A stretch of 64,000 bases of DNA from an uncultured Nitrososphaeraceae archaeon (GTDB lineage Archaea; Thermoproteota; Nitrososphaeria; Nitrososphaerales; Nitrososphaeraceae): contig CAVSMN010000007.1 in NCBI GenBank assembly GCA_963729045.1, positions 121,742 through 185,741 of the forward strand, written 5' to 3'. The position numbers and the translations under genes were made by a program. Numbering within the stretch: the stretch's first letter is position 1; every line of letters starts with the position of its first letter. The notes beneath the pieces were generated by a model that ran no database searches, had not been told where the DNA came from, and worked only from the letters and a program-made list of their open reading frames with translations. Below are positions 21,562 through 32,157 of this stretch, piece after piece.

Positions 21562-22051
21562 ATCTTATGTTGTGTTATTACAGGTGATGTATATAACAAT
21601 TTCACAGATGTTTGTGGCTCTGGTGAATTGGCTTAATCCCTGAACCAATAAGTTTTTGCGTTATTTGGAATCCGAATCTCATTGCTAATTGTATTTTGTT
21701 TTCACTGAGATGGCCATACTCCCTGTTTTCGTTACAGGGCTTATTACCAAACTTTGTCTTATCTAATTTATTTGGCGTCACAAAAATAGATATCCTGAAT
21801 AGTATTCGATTAAATAGTTAATTTCTTGTTTACAAAGTCTATTAAGTATACTTCTATCTTCTTGCTATGTTGTGAATGAGGTCTCTTATTACAAGAGATA
21901 CTTGTCTGAGGCCCCAAACATTTTCTAGAAGTTAACAGAGCCGAAAATTAAGGACATCCAAAACTTCAATTTGATTATTCTATGAAATACGACTGCCTGG
22001 ATACCTTAGTAAGAAACTATCTTTCGTCATCTTCAATTAGCAGCATCTAGC

Positions 22052-22600
22052 CTAACTAATGGTAAATACAAATGGTTTCGTAACGTTACCGGGCTGCATA
22101 TTCTCTGTCAGGTGATAAACAGTGGCGGTTGCTGGAGTCTTCCCAGCCTTGATTGCTTGGTATAATGTACCAGGAACCGGACCAGCAACTGTAACCTCTT
22201 CTCCATGGTTTAATTCGAATGGGGATGAAGTAGCGGTGCAGCCTTGGAATTGATCCTGTCTTATGACTACATTTGCATAAAGAACGCAGTTAAAGGTGAA
22301 TCACAACGGCCAGCAGGTAACATTATACTGTCTGGTGATTTATTAACCACTGTTGCTGGTAGTTCAAAAGTGCTCCCTGCCTTTACATTTGAAGGTGAAG
22401 GACGAATATACGACCAGTTCGACTCCGCTATTTGTTGCATTCACTGTGGAGTTGGTATTGGAAGATTGGGAATATGCCTATCGATCTTGGACCAATGAAA
22501 CACCGAGGATAGTAGTAGTAATTAGTATGGCTACTAACGGTAATATGATAACTTGTATAAATTTGCGGTTAATCGCAGCCTTCTCATTCTTCTTCAAGGC
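22052..22600 (-). pseudogene. secreted Ig-like (CARDB-like) protein relic
   Basis: Signal-like VIILPLVAILITTTILGVSL, an in-frame stop, then SPSNVKAGSTFELPATVVNKSPD..CDSPL..GCTA..FELNHGEEVTVAGP across frameshifts. Confidence 0.6.
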
Positions 22601-22733
22601 CTTTGTATCTGTCACACATTATTCATTCAAACCCATTTTATAACGTTAACAGCTGCATCTTTTACACAGATTCATAACAGAAGTATTAGATCCATTGCCG
22701 TCCTATATTTGATAACTGCATAAAGTAGACTTC

Positions 22734-22931
22734 CTGATTTTGGAACCTAGGCTTCGAATCCCAATGTCTGTCCTACCATTTCTTTTAATATTGTATTGCG
22801 GTATCTATTAATTTTGAATCCAATTTGGGATACAAAATATTCAAAAATCAAAAAATTTAGCATCTGTTGATACAAAGAAACTGTAATAATTGTCTCCTCG
22901 AGTAAGGCGCCGGGAGAGGGATTTGAACCCT
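22734..22931. repeat. right copy of ~195-bp direct repeat, overlapping the tRNA-Ser 3' end
   Basis: Aligns with 19459-19654. Confidence 0.92.
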
Positions 22932-23008
22932 CGAGGCCCTCACGGGCCACAAGCTATATAGTTTCCTAATTTCCAGGCTTGCGCCCTTCCAGGCTAGGCG
23001 ACCCCGGC
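22908..23008 (-). tRNA. tRNA-Ser(GGA) with 15-nt intron at position 37/38
   Basis: GCCGGGG/TCCCGGC acceptor stem; CAAGC-CT-GGA-A[ATTAGGAAACTATAT]A-GCTTG; long variable arm; GGTTCAAATCC T-loop. Confidence 0.93.
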
Positions 23009-24345
23009 TTTTGATTAAATGATAATTGTCCTCTTTTTATGTATATCTAATATTAATTTATATTTTAAAACTAACTCATCTCTATCCTGTCAATCATCCG
23101 ACCGGACAACAAATCAAATTTATAAATCTTTGAATGGCCGGTGCTACTCTTATGATCTTGAACATCTGAATAAAATAGAAAATTTTGATTACATTGAGTA
23201 CATACCCAAACAATATTTAGATCTTTGTCATTCATGTCTTTGTCTAAGCATACGATTCAAACATACGATATAAGCAGTTTGAAAACAAATAATGTTAATT
23301 TATTTTGATTATTCTTTAGTAAAAATATCTCCAATTATTATAACGATAAACTGTAAATAACTATTTTAATACGGCGCTGTTCAGAGTGTTTATTACATGA
23401 TATTTCTATGTATTAATCAAACTCTCTTGACATCCTTTATAAAAGATTGCCATAAATTATAAAGTACATTTTTTGGATAGTTTAATAATTGTGGCAAATT
23501 TCTCGACGTTGTTAATTCTTACACCATGATAACCACGGAAATGATCATGCCGCTTTACTTAAAGATCAGATTTGTTCCTTTGTGAAGCAAAAACAAATCC
23601 TATCATAACTAAATATTTGTATCATTACTCAATCTAAGTATTAGTTAATAGAATGGTTTGTTACAAATCTTTCTTGTTTAAGTATTTGATATTGTTAGTG
23701 TAAATTTAATATTTTAAAAAATTTAGAGTCACGAAGGATTCCTTTGACGCGGTCCTGAGGAACTTGCATTTGCATCCTTCAACCATATCTCGAAACTAAA
23801 AAAGTAGAAATCAATTTCACCTCAAAGTTATATGACTAAATTCAAATTTTTGTAATCTGTCTTTAAAACATTCTGATTATCTTGAATCTAGATAGATTAA
23901 TTCAACTTGGATTTATTCTATAATCTTTTAACAGATTAAATGACAATACGTCATAAATTTCATATAGGTTAATTTATTTCGCTAGAAATAGCATACTTTT
24001 AGATGAACGCATTTCATCGGACATTATAAGAGTATGAATAGGGTTAACGAACCAGTTGTGGCCTTGCTTCCTCATTTGTTCTTACCCCTAGGATTATGTC
24101 CGCAATTAGATTGTAACCTAAAAGTTATTTTTGAATTAGAGTTGTCATTATTATAAATTTATCCACGTTACAATGACTCTTTCATAAGTTCAATACAACA
24201 TAAAATATGGATATGGATTCAGAATATCCATTCTCCAAACATTGTAAATGGAATCCTTTCAGTTCGTTTAGTTACAAATCATGTTGTTTGGAGTGGATCT
24301 TTAAATGATTAACTTATAAATTTCAGACCTACAAGATTATCCACA

Positions 24346-25216
24346 TTGGTTCTAAAATTAGGTGTTCATGTGTCTATTAGTGGTGGTATTTCAAATTCAG
24401 TTGATAACGCACTAAAAATTGGCTGTTCAGCTTTTCAGATATTTACAAGAAGTCCTAGACAGTGGAAGACTAAGGAACTGAGTTTATCTGAAACCGATAT
24501 GTTCAAGGAAAAATTGGGTAATAGTTCAATTGATCCTGAATCCGTTGTTGTACATATGCCATACTTGCCTAATCTTTCGGCACCGACCAGTGAAATGTAT
24601 GAAAAATCAATATTAGTATTGACAGATGAAATAACACGTTGCAATATGTTGGGCATACCTTATCTTGTTATACATCTGGGAAGTCATCTAGGTCAAGGAA
24701 CTAAAAAATGGGATAAACCAACTCGTAAATGGATGTACAAAATCATTGCAATCATACAGTGACCTGGGCTTACCAAGCAACAGAGTTAAAATCCTTTTGG
24801 AAAATAGTGCAGGACAAAAAAATAGTATTGGAAGCCAAATCGAGGAAATCCAAAGCATATTCAACATTCTTGGGAAAACTGATTATGGCTTGTGCATAGA
24901 CACGTGCCATTTATTTGCCGCGGGCTATGATTTATCAACTGAAAGTGGTGTTTCAACCCTTTTTGAGAAAATAGATAGTCATATTGGTATAGAAAACATA
25001 AAAATAATTCATTTAAACGATTCAAAAGGAGACTTGGGATCTAACCTTGATAGACACTATCACGTTGGTTTAGGAAAAATTGGAGAAAGTGGCTTAAGAT
25101 ATTTAGTAAATTACAAGAAATTAAACAAGGTCCCATTCATTATGGAAACGCCTATTGACTCGGTTAGAAATGATCTTGATAACATCGAATTCGTAAGAAA
25201 TGTCCTGGGAAATTGA
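24346..25216 (+). CDS. nfo: endonuclease IV (frameshift in A-run near 24703-24708)
   Basis: GVHVSISGG, HMPYLPNL, HLGS, ENSAG, DTCH, HLND.K, DRH and ETP zinc-site motifs. Confidence 0.92.
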
Positions 25217-26052
25217 TCGTAATTGATAATCATGATTGCTTTAATTTTGCTTTCATATTCATAAGATAAAGTACATGACTATTGAGGATGGCTCATTTTT
25301 GTTAAACAACGATATGGATTACTTATTTTATTTGATCAAATTAAGAAGCTTTATCATACAAAAATACTCTCCATGATCAAAAAGGTAGCGAATATTAGGA
25401 TTATTTCATTGATGTAACTTATTTGTAATTGATTTTAGGGTTATAATTTAATTTTAGAATTCTAATACGACTTTACATCTGGAATAAATCATATACTGTT
25501 CAATATTGTAATTATATGGTAAAATTTTGGATTTCAATATAAAAATATTACATCATGTGTGTGAATAAAATATAGTTTAAATAGCAGGGTACCGATACTA
25601 TATATACCAGACCCATTAACAAGCTCCACTGAAAGAAGGTAGTAAAGGCAAAGTCTATTGGTATGCATACTAGGTAAATCCCAGTTTAGTGCTGATGTTC
25701 ATGCCTTGTAAGAAATGATCAACCATTTTAAGAACTGTTACCCTTTGCAGAGCCTTTATTACCTTTTAAAAATATAATTCAACGCATACTAATTTACAAA
25801 TTTGATTAGAGAATTTCCAAAAAATATTTTTTCGCTGTCTGCAAATCAATATAGTTATCAGGATTCTTTTAGTTTTATTCCCAAATAGCTTGGTTTCGAA
25901 ATTTACATTTCTTGAATTAATAGTTAGCCCTTGATTAAAAGTAAGATGTTAAGAGTCGCTGATCCGCTATTAAAAATCAAGATTTTCAAGGATGTTTGAT
26001 ACAGATTCTCGATTATTATTAAACTTATTAATCAAGATAGTTAACCAGATTT

Positions 26053-26229
26053 ATGATACGAATAAAGGAGGGAAAACCTAACTCGGACCTATCTGAGAAA
26101 GTATTTCTTGTGCTTGACAATCATAGCGAAATAATTTACGATTCTTATCCTGTTGTTATTAAACCACCTAACATGAACCATCTTATGTACAAGGCGTCAA
26201 TTATGGAAAAACAAATAAAGCAATGGTAG
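26053..26229 (+). CDS. possible 58-aa protein
   Basis: MIRIKEGKPNSDLSEKVFLVLDNHSEIIYDSYPVVIKPPNMNHLMYKASIMEKQIKQW; TATA-like ttattaa about 25 bp upstream. Confidence 0.45.
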   Translation: MIRIKEGKPNSDLSEKVFLVLDNHSEIIYDSYPVVIKPPNMNHLMYKASIMEKQIKQW

Positions 26230-26296
26230 TGATTTCGGTTAATTCTTATTAAAAGATGTATATACCAATCATGTCATCATAGTACAGGGTAGATAC

Positions 26297-27178
26297 ATGG
26301 TCTCTCAATCTTATGAGAATAAATTCGGTATAAAATTATCGGATGATCAACGAATCAGCAATCTTGATAGTAATGGATTGATCAAAACTGAGGAGTTAGT
26401 GCAAAAAATTCCGTTATATAACGAAAAGCTTGACGTTACCAAAAAAAGTGAGAATGGCAACTTGAAAATTGAAAAGAAATGGATCACAGTGAAGAAGGAA
26501 ATCGAGATTCCTTTAAAATATGAAGAGATTTTCATAAACGACAAAGTTTTTGATTCTTATAGTGACAAGGAGAAAGGTGAAATTTTCTTCCAAATAAAAA
26601 GCAAGATATCTGATGCATTTCTACGAGAAAGAACTGATGAGAAGGACAACAAACAGCCTGATCCAACTGGTAGCGAGGTAGAAATTGTTTGCTGGGAACC
26701 CGAAGGAATGGAATTGAACAAGAATGTAATAAGTGAAAAAGCTATTTCGCTTTCATATGTTACATTGAGCGACCAAACAAACATCCAACAGGCCGACCAA
26801 ACAAACATCCAACAGGCCGACCAAACAAACATCCAACAGGCCGACCAAACAAACATCCAACAGGCCGACCAAACAAACATCCAACAGGCCGACCAAACAA
26901 ACATCCAACAGGCCGACCAAACAAACATCCAACAGGCCGACCAAACAAACATCCAACAGGCCGACCAAACAAACATCCAACAGGCCGACCAAACAAAGAC
27001 TCAAGAGACTTTTGAACTATGGGGTGAAGAAATTATTATAGATAAGAAAATGGTTAAACTAGCCGAGATTGTTATCAAAAAGTATCAAGTGAACGAAAAA
27101 CGGAAAATCGATGTAGAGGTTAATCGAGAAAAACTTACCTTAAAATTTCCTGGCAATTTCAAAGAAGAGATATCCTAA
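26297..27178 (+). CDS. DUF2382 (YsnF/AvaK) domain protein with DQTNIQQA repeats
   Basis: IPLYNEKLDVTKK..G.L.IEK and L.GEEI.IDKK..V...EI.IKK. Confidence 0.8.
   Translation: MVSQSYENKFGIKLSDDQRISNLDSNGLIKTEELVQKIPLYNEKLDVTKKSENGNLKIEKKWITVKKEIEIPLKYEEIFINDKVFDSYSDKEKGEIFFQIKSKISDAFLRERTDEKDNKQPDPTGSEVEIVCWEPEGMELNKNVISEKAISLSYVTLSDQTNIQQADQTNIQQADQTNIQQADQTNIQQADQTNIQQADQTNIQQADQTNIQQADQTNIQQADQTNIQQADQTKTQETFELWGEEIIIDKKMVKLAEIVIKKYQVNEKRKIDVEVNREKLTLKFPGNFKEEIS
26771..26997. repeat. 24-bp perfect tandem repeat, 9 full copies plus a partial (gaccaaacaaacatccaacaggcc)
   Basis: Read directly; no spacers. Confidence 0.97.
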
Positions 27179-27254
27179 TTCAGAATTTATTTTATTGGTG
27201 ATGGTTAAAATCTCAATCCATATTATTTTATATATCTTCCTATAAGTATAATTT

Positions 27255-28178
27255 GTGCGTGTTAGTAACAATAAGGATAATATAGATTGGAAAAATGTTA
27301 TTAAAAAAGAGGTAATTGGCACCGACGGTTTGGATTTGGGGGAAGTGGTAGAAATTGGCGATAATTTCATTGTGATACAGAAGGGGCTATTTAACAAGAG
27401 AAGGTTCGTAATACCAAAATCAACCGCTGAAAGTTTTGATGGAGATATACTCCGTGTTAAAGTAAACGAAAAAGAGTTAACGGGATATGAGGAAACAGCC
27501 GACCCTGCATTCAAGGACTATTCTAAATTTAAATCATCGGATATGTCCAAAGAAATGGAGACTAGAATTCCTGTAATAGGGGAGAATCTGCAAGTTTCAA
27601 AAAAGGTTGTCGAGGATAAGGTCGATATCATAAAGGAACCTGTTAAAGAAACAAAAACCGTTGAGATAGATTTGACGTATGAAAAAGTTACCATTGAACG
27701 TATACCATTTAACAGTGAAGAGACTGGAATAGAAAAATCTCCTGACCAAAACCAAGGACTAGGGGGATCTGATATTGAAAGGCCAGTATCTTCTCAAACT
27801 CAATCTCTTCCTGACCAAAACCAAGGACTAGGGGGATCTGATATTGAAAGGCCAGTATCTTCTCAAACTCAATCTCTTCCTGACCAAAACCAAGGACTAG
27901 GGGGATCCGATATTGAAAGGCCAGTATCTTCTCAAACTCAATCTCTTCCTGACCAAAACCAAGGACTAGGGGGATCCGATATTGAAAGGCCGGTATCTTC
28001 TAGAACTCAAATTTCCATTCCGCTCAAAAGAGAGGTTCCGATAGTAATCAAGAATCCGTATGTTCGGGAAGAGGTAGTCATAAGAAAAAAGCCAGTGAAG
28101 GAAACCAAAATAATTACTTCAGATGTGACAAATGAGGAGGTTACTTTTGAGGACAAATCCAATCGCGATCTGACATAA
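27255..28178 (+). CDS. PRC-barrel-like plus DUF2382 protein with 23-aa repeats
   Basis: IKKEV.G.DG.DLGEV; IPVIGENLQVSKK; REEVVIRKK. Confidence 0.82.
   Translation: MRVSNNKDNIDWKNVIKKEVIGTDGLDLGEVVEIGDNFIVIQKGLFNKRRFVIPKSTAESFDGDILRVKVNEKELTGYEETADPAFKDYSKFKSSDMSKEMETRIPVIGENLQVSKKVVEDKVDIIKEPVKETKTVEIDLTYEKVTIERIPFNSEETGIEKSPDQNQGLGGSDIERPVSSQTQSLPDQNQGLGGSDIERPVSSQTQSLPDQNQGLGGSDIERPVSSQTQSLPDQNQGLGGSDIERPVSSRTQISIPLKREVPIVIKNPYVREEVVIRKKPVKETKIITSDVTNEEVTFEDKSNRDLT
27741..28010. repeat. 69-bp tandem repeat, about 4 copies (PDQNQGLGGSDIERPVSSQTQSL)
   Basis: Units start at 27741, 27810, 27879 and 27948. Confidence 0.95.
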
Positions 28179-28543
28179 AAATTCGATTATACTTATTTAT
28201 TGAGATAACTAATTTTAAGAGTTTCAATTATCTGATATTGACTAAAACTGCATTTGTTGGAAGATGCGAGAACCATTTTTATTGGGCATCACCAAGACTA
28301 GATTGAATGTATGGCTTTTGATTAATAGGAGTAATATGCACATTCATTTTTCTCCTTTCATTTTGATCTAATTTCATACCATGTATTAAATTACTCAATA
28401 TCATTAAAATCTCATTATTGAATAATTTTTATTGCAATCTAACGTATTTTATATTACTTTTTTCATGAAAAAATTGCAAATAAAATATTTTTTGCCCACA
28501 AATAGATTTAAGGATCTGAATTTTCATATATGATTAATTATCG

Positions 28544-30007
28544 ATGAATACCTATGATGAAATAATACAGCTAGCGCTAGAGAGAGGATTTTATTTTCCA
28601 AGCAGCGAATTATATTCTGATGCAAATGCTGGATTTTGGGAGTATGGACCCAATGGCGTAAGAATGAAGAATAAGTTCTTAGAATTATGGAGAAGAGAAT
28701 TAGTTCGAAGAGACAACATGCTTGAAATAGATGGATCACAAATAATGAGCAAAAATGTATTCATGGCTTCAGGTCACTTGACAAATTTCACCGATCCTAT
28801 AGTTAAATGTAAGAAATGTTCAAGCTCATTTAGGGCAGACAAGCTGATACAAGAGGTGGTCAAAATAGATGTACCAGAACGAATGGAAAATGAAAACGTT
28901 GATGAGCTAATTCTAAAGAACAATATTAAATGTCCACTTTGTAAGGGAGAAATCTCTAAATCTGAACGATTTAATATGATGTTTAAGATAGAGATCGGTC
29001 CAAATCGAGATGAGGCTTACTTACGTCCTGAGACATGTCAATCTATTTTTGTCGATTTCTCTAGATTATTTAAAGTTAGCAGAGGAAAGTTACCGTTAGG
29101 TATAGCACAAATAGGCAAGAGCTTTAGAAATGAAATATCACCAAGACAAGGACTTTTGCGATTGAGGGAATTTTATCAGGCCGAGATTGAGATATTTTGT
29201 AATCCTGCGAAATTAAATGATTTGAATAAGTATGATGAAATAAAGAATACTCTTTTGAGATTTTATGATACTCGTATAATTGAACTATCAGTTGAAGAAG
29301 CATTAGAGCAAAAGATATTGCCAAATAAGTTAGTTGCTTATTATCTAGCATTACTTGTAGAGTTCTTTGATAAGACTGGAATAGACAAGAAAAGGACCAG
29401 ACTCAGACGTTTGTCAGATCAAGAGAAGGCATTTTACTCTACCGTCGCATTTGATTTCGAGGTAGATACATCCATAGGATGGTTAGAATTAGTTGCATGT
29501 AACTATCGTTCCGATTATGACCTAAAGTCTCATTCGGCTACTAGTAAAACTAATCTTGAAGTAATGGATGACGATACTAAAGTATTGCCACATGTATTTG
29601 AGCTCTCATTAGGAGTGGATCGGTGTATTTATTCAATACTAGAGCATTCTTACTTTATAGATAGGCAAAATGACGATCGAGTAGTCTTGAAACTAAGGCC
29701 ATACCTTTCACCCATTCACGCAGGTATACTTCCATTAGTAAAAAAACAAGAGTTTAAGGATAAAGCTGCTAAACTCTTATCCAATATTAAGAGGGATTTT
29801 GATGTTTTCTATGATGAATCTGGCTCAATCGGTCGTCGTTACCGTCGTCTTGAAGAAATCGGAACCCCTTTTGCCTTTACAATCGATCATCAAACCCTTA
29901 CTGATGACACCGTCACGGTCAGGTTTCGTGATTCTATGAACCAGGAGCGAATTAAAATAGAGGAAGCGCACTCGTTTCTGTCTAAACAACTGTCTACCTT
30001 AACATAA
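28544..30007 (+). CDS. glyS: glycine--tRNA ligase (alpha2 type)
   Basis: YLRPETCQ, GKSFRNEISPRQGLLRLREF, E.S.G.DR, GSIGRRY. Confidence 0.96.
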   Translation: MNTYDEIIQLALERGFYFPSSELYSDANAGFWEYGPNGVRMKNKFLELWRRELVRRDNMLEIDGSQIMSKNVFMASGHLTNFTDPIVKCKKCSSSFRADKLIQEVVKIDVPERMENENVDELILKNNIKCPLCKGEISKSERFNMMFKIEIGPNRDEAYLRPETCQSIFVDFSRLFKVSRGKLPLGIAQIGKSFRNEISPRQGLLRLREFYQAEIEIFCNPAKLNDLNKYDEIKNTLLRFYDTRIIELSVEEALEQKILPNKLVAYYLALLVEFFDKTGIDKKRTRLRRLSDQEKAFYSTVAFDFEVDTSIGWLELVACNYRSDYDLKSHSATSKTNLEVMDDDTKVLPHVFELSLGVDRCIYSILEHSYFIDRQNDDRVVLKLRPYLSPIHAGILPLVKKQEFKDKAAKLLSNIKRDFDVFYDESGSIGRRYRRLEEIGTPFAFTIDHQTLTDDTVTVRFRDSMNQERIKIEEAHSFLSKQLSTLT

Positions 30008-30077
30008 TTTGAAATTTTTGCGCGTCGCTTACCAATATGCACTATCTGTTTCATCGATGTGATTTTTCTGTTTGCTT

Positions 30078-30365
30078 TTATCTATTCCTGTCTTCCAAAT
30101 ATCCTTTATCTTTTTTTTCCTTCATGTATTCTATATAATTCATAATTAGTGACTCTTCCTTAAAGATCCCCTCCGCCGCTATAACTGAAGGAGTTCTTGT
30201 AGTTGGTAACTCACCACAGCAACTTTCCTCAAATTTCTGTATGTGGTATTTGACGAATTCTATTCCATTATTCATGAATAGTTCTACTATTTTTTGTGAT
30301 TGGGGTGAATCATCAACTAATATAATAGGTTTTCTGGCTCTCAAATAAATCCCTTGTACTATCAT
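30078..30365 (-). CDS. glutaredoxin-like small protein with vicinal CC
   Basis: KPIILVDDSPQS..I.ELF...GIEF; ESCCGELPTTRTPSV. Confidence 0.55.
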   Translation of the reverse strand: MIVQGIYLRARKPIILVDDSPQSQKIVELFMNNGIEFVKYHIQKFEESCCGELPTTRTPSVIAAEGIFKEESLIMNYIEYMKEKKDKGYLEDRNR

Positions 30366-30495
30366 TCAGGAAGGACAATCAGTTTAATATTTTTTCGATT
30401 ACATTTTATCATAATTTGTCTCTATTTTGAGAATTTTCACTTGGGCAATAGCAAACTAAAAATAATTTCAATTTATATAATAAATTAAAACACAC

Positions 30496-31065
30496 TTGAA
30501 CACGCTTTTAATAAACAACTTTTCACCCTTCATAGGAGACATTGTAGAACTATTGAATGAGCTTGAGAATAACTTTGAATGCTATGATTGTAATCAAATT
30601 CATGCCCTTGACACCCATTTAGAGCTTCTTGAGCGATTTGATAATGTCATCTTGTCAGGTCGTCAACAAAACTCCCCACTTATTAACAAGATAAATTCTC
30701 GTATTGTAAAGGGGTGTTTAGTATTGGACAAACCATTGTTGGGAATTTGTTATGGGGGGCAGATTCTAGGACTGACCCTGGGTTGCACATTAAGAAAAAT
30801 TCAAAAAATTAAAGATACAATAGAAATTGATCTAATAGAACCAACTCCTATACTTGAGGGCTATAAATCAGTTAGGATGTATGAGAGCCACAATTTCTGC
30901 ATTTCAACTCTGTCCGATGATTTTAGGTTGTTGGGAACTTCTTCTCACTGCAATAATGAGTTATTCTGTTTGAATAAAAAACCATTATTTGGAACGCAGT
31001 TTCATCCCGAAAAGAGTGGCAAGCCCGGAAGGGACCTTTTGGAGAACTTTCTCAACATACATTAG
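30496..31065 (+). CDS. class I glutamine amidotransferase
   Basis: PLLGICYGGQ, ESH and GTQFHPE triad. Confidence 0.9.
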   Translation: MNTLLINNFSPFIGDIVELLNELENNFECYDCNQIHALDTHLELLERFDNVILSGRQQNSPLINKINSRIVKGCLVLDKPLLGICYGGQILGLTLGCTLRKIQKIKDTIEIDLIEPTPILEGYKSVRMYESHNFCISTLSDDFRLLGTSSHCNNELFCLNKKPLFGTQFHPEKSGKPGRDLLENFLNIH

Positions 31066-31141
31066 GATTACCGGGCGCAATTTCTAAATAGGTTAGGCGC
31101 TAGCATTATGATTTTTATTTGCTATCTAGTATAGTTACGCT

Positions 31142-32116
31142 GTGTACAAAAATGAAAAAGATAATAATATACAGATATCGCTTCCCCTTGTTAGTAAAAA
31201 TGAAGATAATGTAGTTTTTCCGCTTGTAATAAATGTATTAACAAAATTCTGGGGTGAAATAACACCAGATGACGAAATATCACAGAGAACTACTCTATAT
31301 GCGAATCATAGAGGCACTATTTTTATAGAAGGGTTAGAAATTATTGAGAAAAAATTCAATTTATTATCCAAAGTATATCGAGGCTCTTTAGATGATCTGA
31401 AGAAACGACTTGGTCAAGGGATTCCTCTAATCGTTATCTTGCCTGGTATAAATGAGACTATCCAATTTGCTACTATTGTGACAGGTTATGATCCTGAGGA
31501 AAAAAGATTAATAACCTATGTTCCTGAACCTGATTCATTTGGAGCCATTCCAGAAGAAAAATTTTTTAGCGAATGGGCGCAGGAGGATTTTTTAACCATG
31601 ATAATATACCCGGAAGATGCCAAAGATATACTCAAAAACAGTTCTTTTATGTTTGAAAAAACTAATCGAATTTCTTTAGAAGCTGAAAGATTAAAAATCC
31701 AAGGTAAGACCAAAGAAGCTTTAGAATTACTTACAAAGTCACTTGCCAGTAACGATGAAGGGAAAGACAATCCACAATTGCTGTTAATGATCGCAGGGAT
31801 TCTTAATGAGAAGGATGATGAAAAATGTGTTGAACTTTATGAAAAGATTATAGAACTAAATCCAAAATTTTATTTGGCACATAGGGGAATAGGGAATTAT
31901 TACCTTAAAAGGAAAAATTATTTAAAATCTAAACAGCATTATCTAAATGCGATAGATATCAACCCATCACGCTACGGACCAATTTACAAGAACCTTGGTA
32001 TTACTTACTTAAACCTTGGTAACGACGCATCTGCAAAAGAATCGTTTAGGGAATATCTTCAACGTGTCCCCAATGCTCCTGATAGGAAAAATATTCTCGA
32101 TTTCATAAATTCATAA
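31142..32116 (+). CDS. C39-peptidase-like domain plus TPR protein
   Basis: LKKRL.QGIPLIV...IVTGYD, followed by TPR repeats. Confidence 0.75.
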   Translation: MYKNEKDNNIQISLPLVSKNEDNVVFPLVINVLTKFWGEITPDDEISQRTTLYANHRGTIFIEGLEIIEKKFNLLSKVYRGSLDDLKKRLGQGIPLIVILPGINETIQFATIVTGYDPEEKRLITYVPEPDSFGAIPEEKFFSEWAQEDFLTMIIYPEDAKDILKNSSFMFEKTNRISLEAERLKIQGKTKEALELLTKSLASNDEGKDNPQLLLMIAGILNEKDDEKCVELYEKIIELNPKFYLAHRGIGNYYLKRKNYLKSKQHYLNAIDINPSRYGPIYKNLGITYLNLGNDASAKESFREYLQRVPNAPDRKNILDFINS

Positions 32117-32157
32117 TTGTTGCTCTGACAGAAGACCGTTATTGTGATAGATCAAGT

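Larger units (their letters stand above)
19631..22931. mobile_element. decayed ~3.3-kb integrative element at tRNA-Ser(GGA)
   Basis: Bounded by the duplicated tRNA 3' end; contains an integrase relic and surface-protein cargo. Confidence 0.78.

Noticed and set aside
24700..24710. Programmed frameshift in nfo
   Set aside because: No stimulatory structure evident; it fits the window-wide homopolymer indel pattern.
26771..26997. 24-bp repeat array as a CRISPR
   Set aside because: Head-to-tail with no spacers, in frame within a CDS, and no cas genes nearby.
26557..27004. Minus-strand repeat ORFs (MFVWSACW, LLDVCLVG, FGRPVGCL)
   Set aside because: Stop-free shadows of the plus-strand VNTR.
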